A stretch of 64,000 nt of DNA from Squalus acanthias (Eukaryota): contig CM059438.1 in assembly GCA_030390025.1 (NCBI GenBank), positions 86,800,001-86,864,000 on the forward strand, in the 5' to 3' direction. The notes below the pieces were generated by a model. It ran no database searches. It had not been told where the DNA came from and was given only the letters and a program-made list of their open reading frames with translations. Shown here piece by piece: positions 60,927-64,000 of this stretch. Position numbers and translations under genes: made by a program. Position 1 is the stretch's first letter, and each line of letters opens with the position of its first letter.

Positions 60927-62461
60927 TGTTGTGAAATGCCCTGGGTAGCCCTGGTTTGGGAGTAAGATGGAGGAACACTAAAGGCTCATGGGTCCTTCTT
61001 GACCAAAATTTAAAAAGGCCATTTCAGCATTTTCTCATAAAAGAATAGCTGCCTGTAAAACAACAAGGCCAGCTCGGCAAGATTCCAGAGACCCTGATAA
61101 GGAACAAAGGCGAAGTCATAGCGAAGCCATAACAAAATCATAACTGTTCACTTCCCAGGCAAGATAAATGATGGACAAGGACATCATGTCTCATTTGAAT
61201 TAGACACTGTTAAGGAGTGAAACACAGATGGTGTCAGGAGAAGGAGGGGGTCATGAGGGTGATGTCCTGGCTAAACAGGCAGGATCATTGACTTTAATTG
61301 GGTAGTGAAATTCAGGTGTAAGTCCATGATTGGGTTAACTGGTCCCCATAGACTTTGCTGTGAAGAAGGGGTATAAGAAGGGGGTCTCTTAGATACAAGG
61401 GTTGTAGAGGCATTCGGCTGAAAGCTTGGGACCATCCAACAGACGGGCCAAGGAGGGGCGGGCTGGATGGATGAGGAACCCACGTGTCTCACCAGGTGGA
61501 TGAGCAAGCCAGGGGTGGACTCATGGAGATCGCAACCTTTCTACCCAGGGCATAACGGGTAATATAACACTTGATTGCGCCTTGTTAACTACTGCTCAGA
61601 TACTGTAATATATGCCAGTGCAGCCTTCGGTCGCCTGAGGAAGAGAGTGTTTGAAGACCAGGACCTCAAACCCGGCACTAAGCTCATGGTCTACAGAGCA
61701 GCAGTGATACTCGCCCTGCTGTATGCCTCAGAGATATGGACCATGTACAGCAGGCACCTCAAAGCACTGGAGAGGTACCACCAACGCTGCCTCCGCAAGA
61801 TCCTGCAAATCCGTTGGCAGGATAGGCGCACCAACGTCAGTGTTCTCGCTCAGGCCAACATCCCCAGCATCGAAGCTTTGACCACGCTCGATCAGCTCCG
61901 ATGGACGGGTCACATCGTCCGCATGCCCGATACGAGACTCCCAAAACAAGCGCTCTACTCGGAGCTCCAGCACGACAAGAGAGCCCCAGGTGGGCAGAGG
62001 AAACGCTTCAAGGACACCCTCAAAGCCTCCTTGAAAAAGTGCAACATCCCCACTGACACCTGGGAATCCCTGGCCCAAGACCGCACAAAGTGGAGGAGAA
62101 GCATCCGGGAAGGCACCGAACACCTCGAGTCTCTTCGCTGGGAGCAAGCGGAAGCCAAGTGCAAGCAGCGCAAGGAGCGCACGTCAACCCAAGCACCCCA
62201 CCCACCCGCCCCTTCAACCACTGTCTGCCCCACCTGTGGCAGAGACTGTAGGTCCCGCATTGGACTCATCAGTCACCTGAGGACTCATTTTTAGTGTGGA
62301 AGCAAGTCATCCTCGGTTCCGAGGGACTGCCTAAGAAGAAGACTGCTCAGATACTGTAATATATCAAGTCTTACTTACACTGAATAAAGTATAATCACTG
62401 TCACCAATACGGGTCAAGTCGAACCGTTCGGAACTTAAGAGTGAAAGGGTTAATTGGCACA
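60927..62461 (+). mobile_element. Probable solo LTR (about 780 bp once the RTE insert is removed)
   Basis: TGT...ACA ends, flanks AACC/GACC, internal TATAAG at about 61372 and AATAAA at about 62383. Confidence 0.5.
61614..62341 (+). mobile_element. Young RTE LINE 3' fragment with 23-bp TSD
   Basis: ORF ends in the C2H2-like CPTCGRDCRSRIGLISHLRTH; (AAG)n tail; TSD ACTGCTCAGATACTGTAATATAT at 61591-61613 and 62342-62364. Confidence 0.93.
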
Positions 62462-64000
62462 GACCCAGAAACTCAACGTCGGTAGTGATGTACAGTTGGT
62501 TCAGGAAATCAACAGTCACATTGAAAAGGTCAATGACTGCAGGTTGTGTTTAGAACCAATGAAGCGTGAAGCCAAGAAGAAAGCCAAAGATTTGGGTGCA
62601 CAATGCAAATGTGCTCACTACGTTTTGAAATGGTTGCAAAACCTTAACTCTTCACCATCAGCACGTGAAGCAGCAGGAAGCATCAAAGGCATTTACAATC
62701 TCGCATGAAAATTAAGTGGCATAAAAAGATAGAGTGATAAACACCAAAGTGCTACAGTGTGCCAACATGACTAGCATCAAAGCCATGAGGTGTTTTCTGC
62801 TTGTCAGATGAACGGCATCTCAAAGTCATATTCTATAGCATGTGATAGCAGGAAAGAGCACAGTAGAGAGTCAGAAGAAACTTTCCAAAGTTAACTTGAA
62901 GCAAACATCTAAGGTACGTAATGCTCATCCAGAAACCTGGGAAAACTTAGCGGAACATTACACAGTCTAGAAATTTGTTGTGAAGCATGACACCGCTTAC
63001 TTTGAAGCAAACAAAGTGTTAACAGCAGAAGCAAAGAATTCTTGTAGAAAAGTCATCCAGCATAAGTTGGCAAATGGATAACAATGAACATCCAATACAT
63101 GCGGCTGTCAATGTACTTAGCACGTTCGTCTATGAATCACTTCCACAAAAACTGTAGACATTGACTCTTTCCAATTCTTCGGTCTCATCATTTTGAAGTG
63201 ATATTTTTATAGACTGCCGTGAATGGTAACATCACATGTAAGAGTTGTGAAGGGAAGATGTCAGTTGCACACCTCATGATCTTTAGTATAATAAATCATC
63301 ACACTGCAGTCTCTGCCACACTTCAGGTGCCACATAGTCTATATGCAAACATCTGTGCTACTCTTTCATCTGATTGGCTCATATTTCATATTTGTAAAAA
63401 AAAACAATAAATCAACCATGAGGGAAATGTATTAAAAAAAAACAGAATCTGAACTAATGAAGTCACTTATTGTTTTCCCCAAAATCCTTTTGGCTGCAAC
63501 AAATCAGAACTCAATAAACATTTGCCTGCCATTTTTCTTTCTCATAGTCAAATAGCCAGAACTCAAAACAAGGTTTATAATATAATAAAAACATTCAAAA
63601 TGATATACTTCACAATACATGATTTAAACTTATCTATAAAATTGTCTTTTGTGCCTTTGAGTACCTTCAGTAACATTTTTCTCTTGGAGGACTCAGCTTC
63701 TCTCAAAAGCTTTGGCTTCCACTCGATATTCTTCCCAGCACTATCACTCCATCAGCTGAAAGGAATTATCAACTTGTTCCTGCAAATCCCAGGATGTCGT
63801 AGTCGGATCTTGTTCCATGTGTAAAGTTTTCCAGTATGCATCAGTATGATTCCCTTAGTGCAACAACTAGAAACGTGTCTATCCTCAGGTTATAACAGTA
63901 TATATATATGTGTTTGTTTTACCAAATGATTTGAAAACGAGCTGGAGCATTGGAATAGTCAAATCTGGAGGTGACAAAGGCATGTATGAGGGTTTCAGTA

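Larger units (their letters stand above)
60420..63200 (+). mobile_element. Old RTE LINE split at about 60795/62480 by later insertions
   Basis: NGVKQGFVLS...DGRIFN and LNVMESFL*LG on the left resume as SDVQLVQEINSHIEK on the right. Confidence 0.6.

Overview
Vertebrate genomic DNA, almost certainly from a cartilaginous fish (shark): the repeats are SacSINE1/DeuSINE-type SINEs, CR1, L2, RTE, Penelope and Harbinger elements. Three host genes can be built by hand from splice sites. (1) The 5' end of TTC16 on the minus strand: three coding exons plus a probable non-coding exon 1, continuing off the left edge. (2) A complete 8-coding-exon carboxypeptidase M (CPM)-like gene on the plus strand (18548-40164, about 394-403 aa). 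It keeps the signal peptide and all M14B catalytic residues but stops right after the transthyretin-like domain, so it has no GPI-anchor signal. (3) The last coding exon of SPACA9 on the minus strand; its upstream exons were not found. TTC16 and the CPM-like gene are head-to-head across a region with RFX X-boxes, an NF-Y/CDE-CHR cassette and a CRE. Mobile DNA includes a near-intact two-gene Harbinger (DDE transposase plus spliced Myb/SANT gene, one frameshift each) with two non-autonomous relatives. There is also an inverted MITE pair around a TTC16 exon, a perfect 196-bp Penelope-type palindrome carrying minimal hammerhead ribozymes on both strands, fossil Harbinger and hAT transposases, and several nested retroelements with readable target-site duplications (TSDs). 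All homology calls come from recalled protein motifs, not database searches, and repeat boundaries are approximate unless a terminal inverted repeat (TIR) or TSD is quoted.
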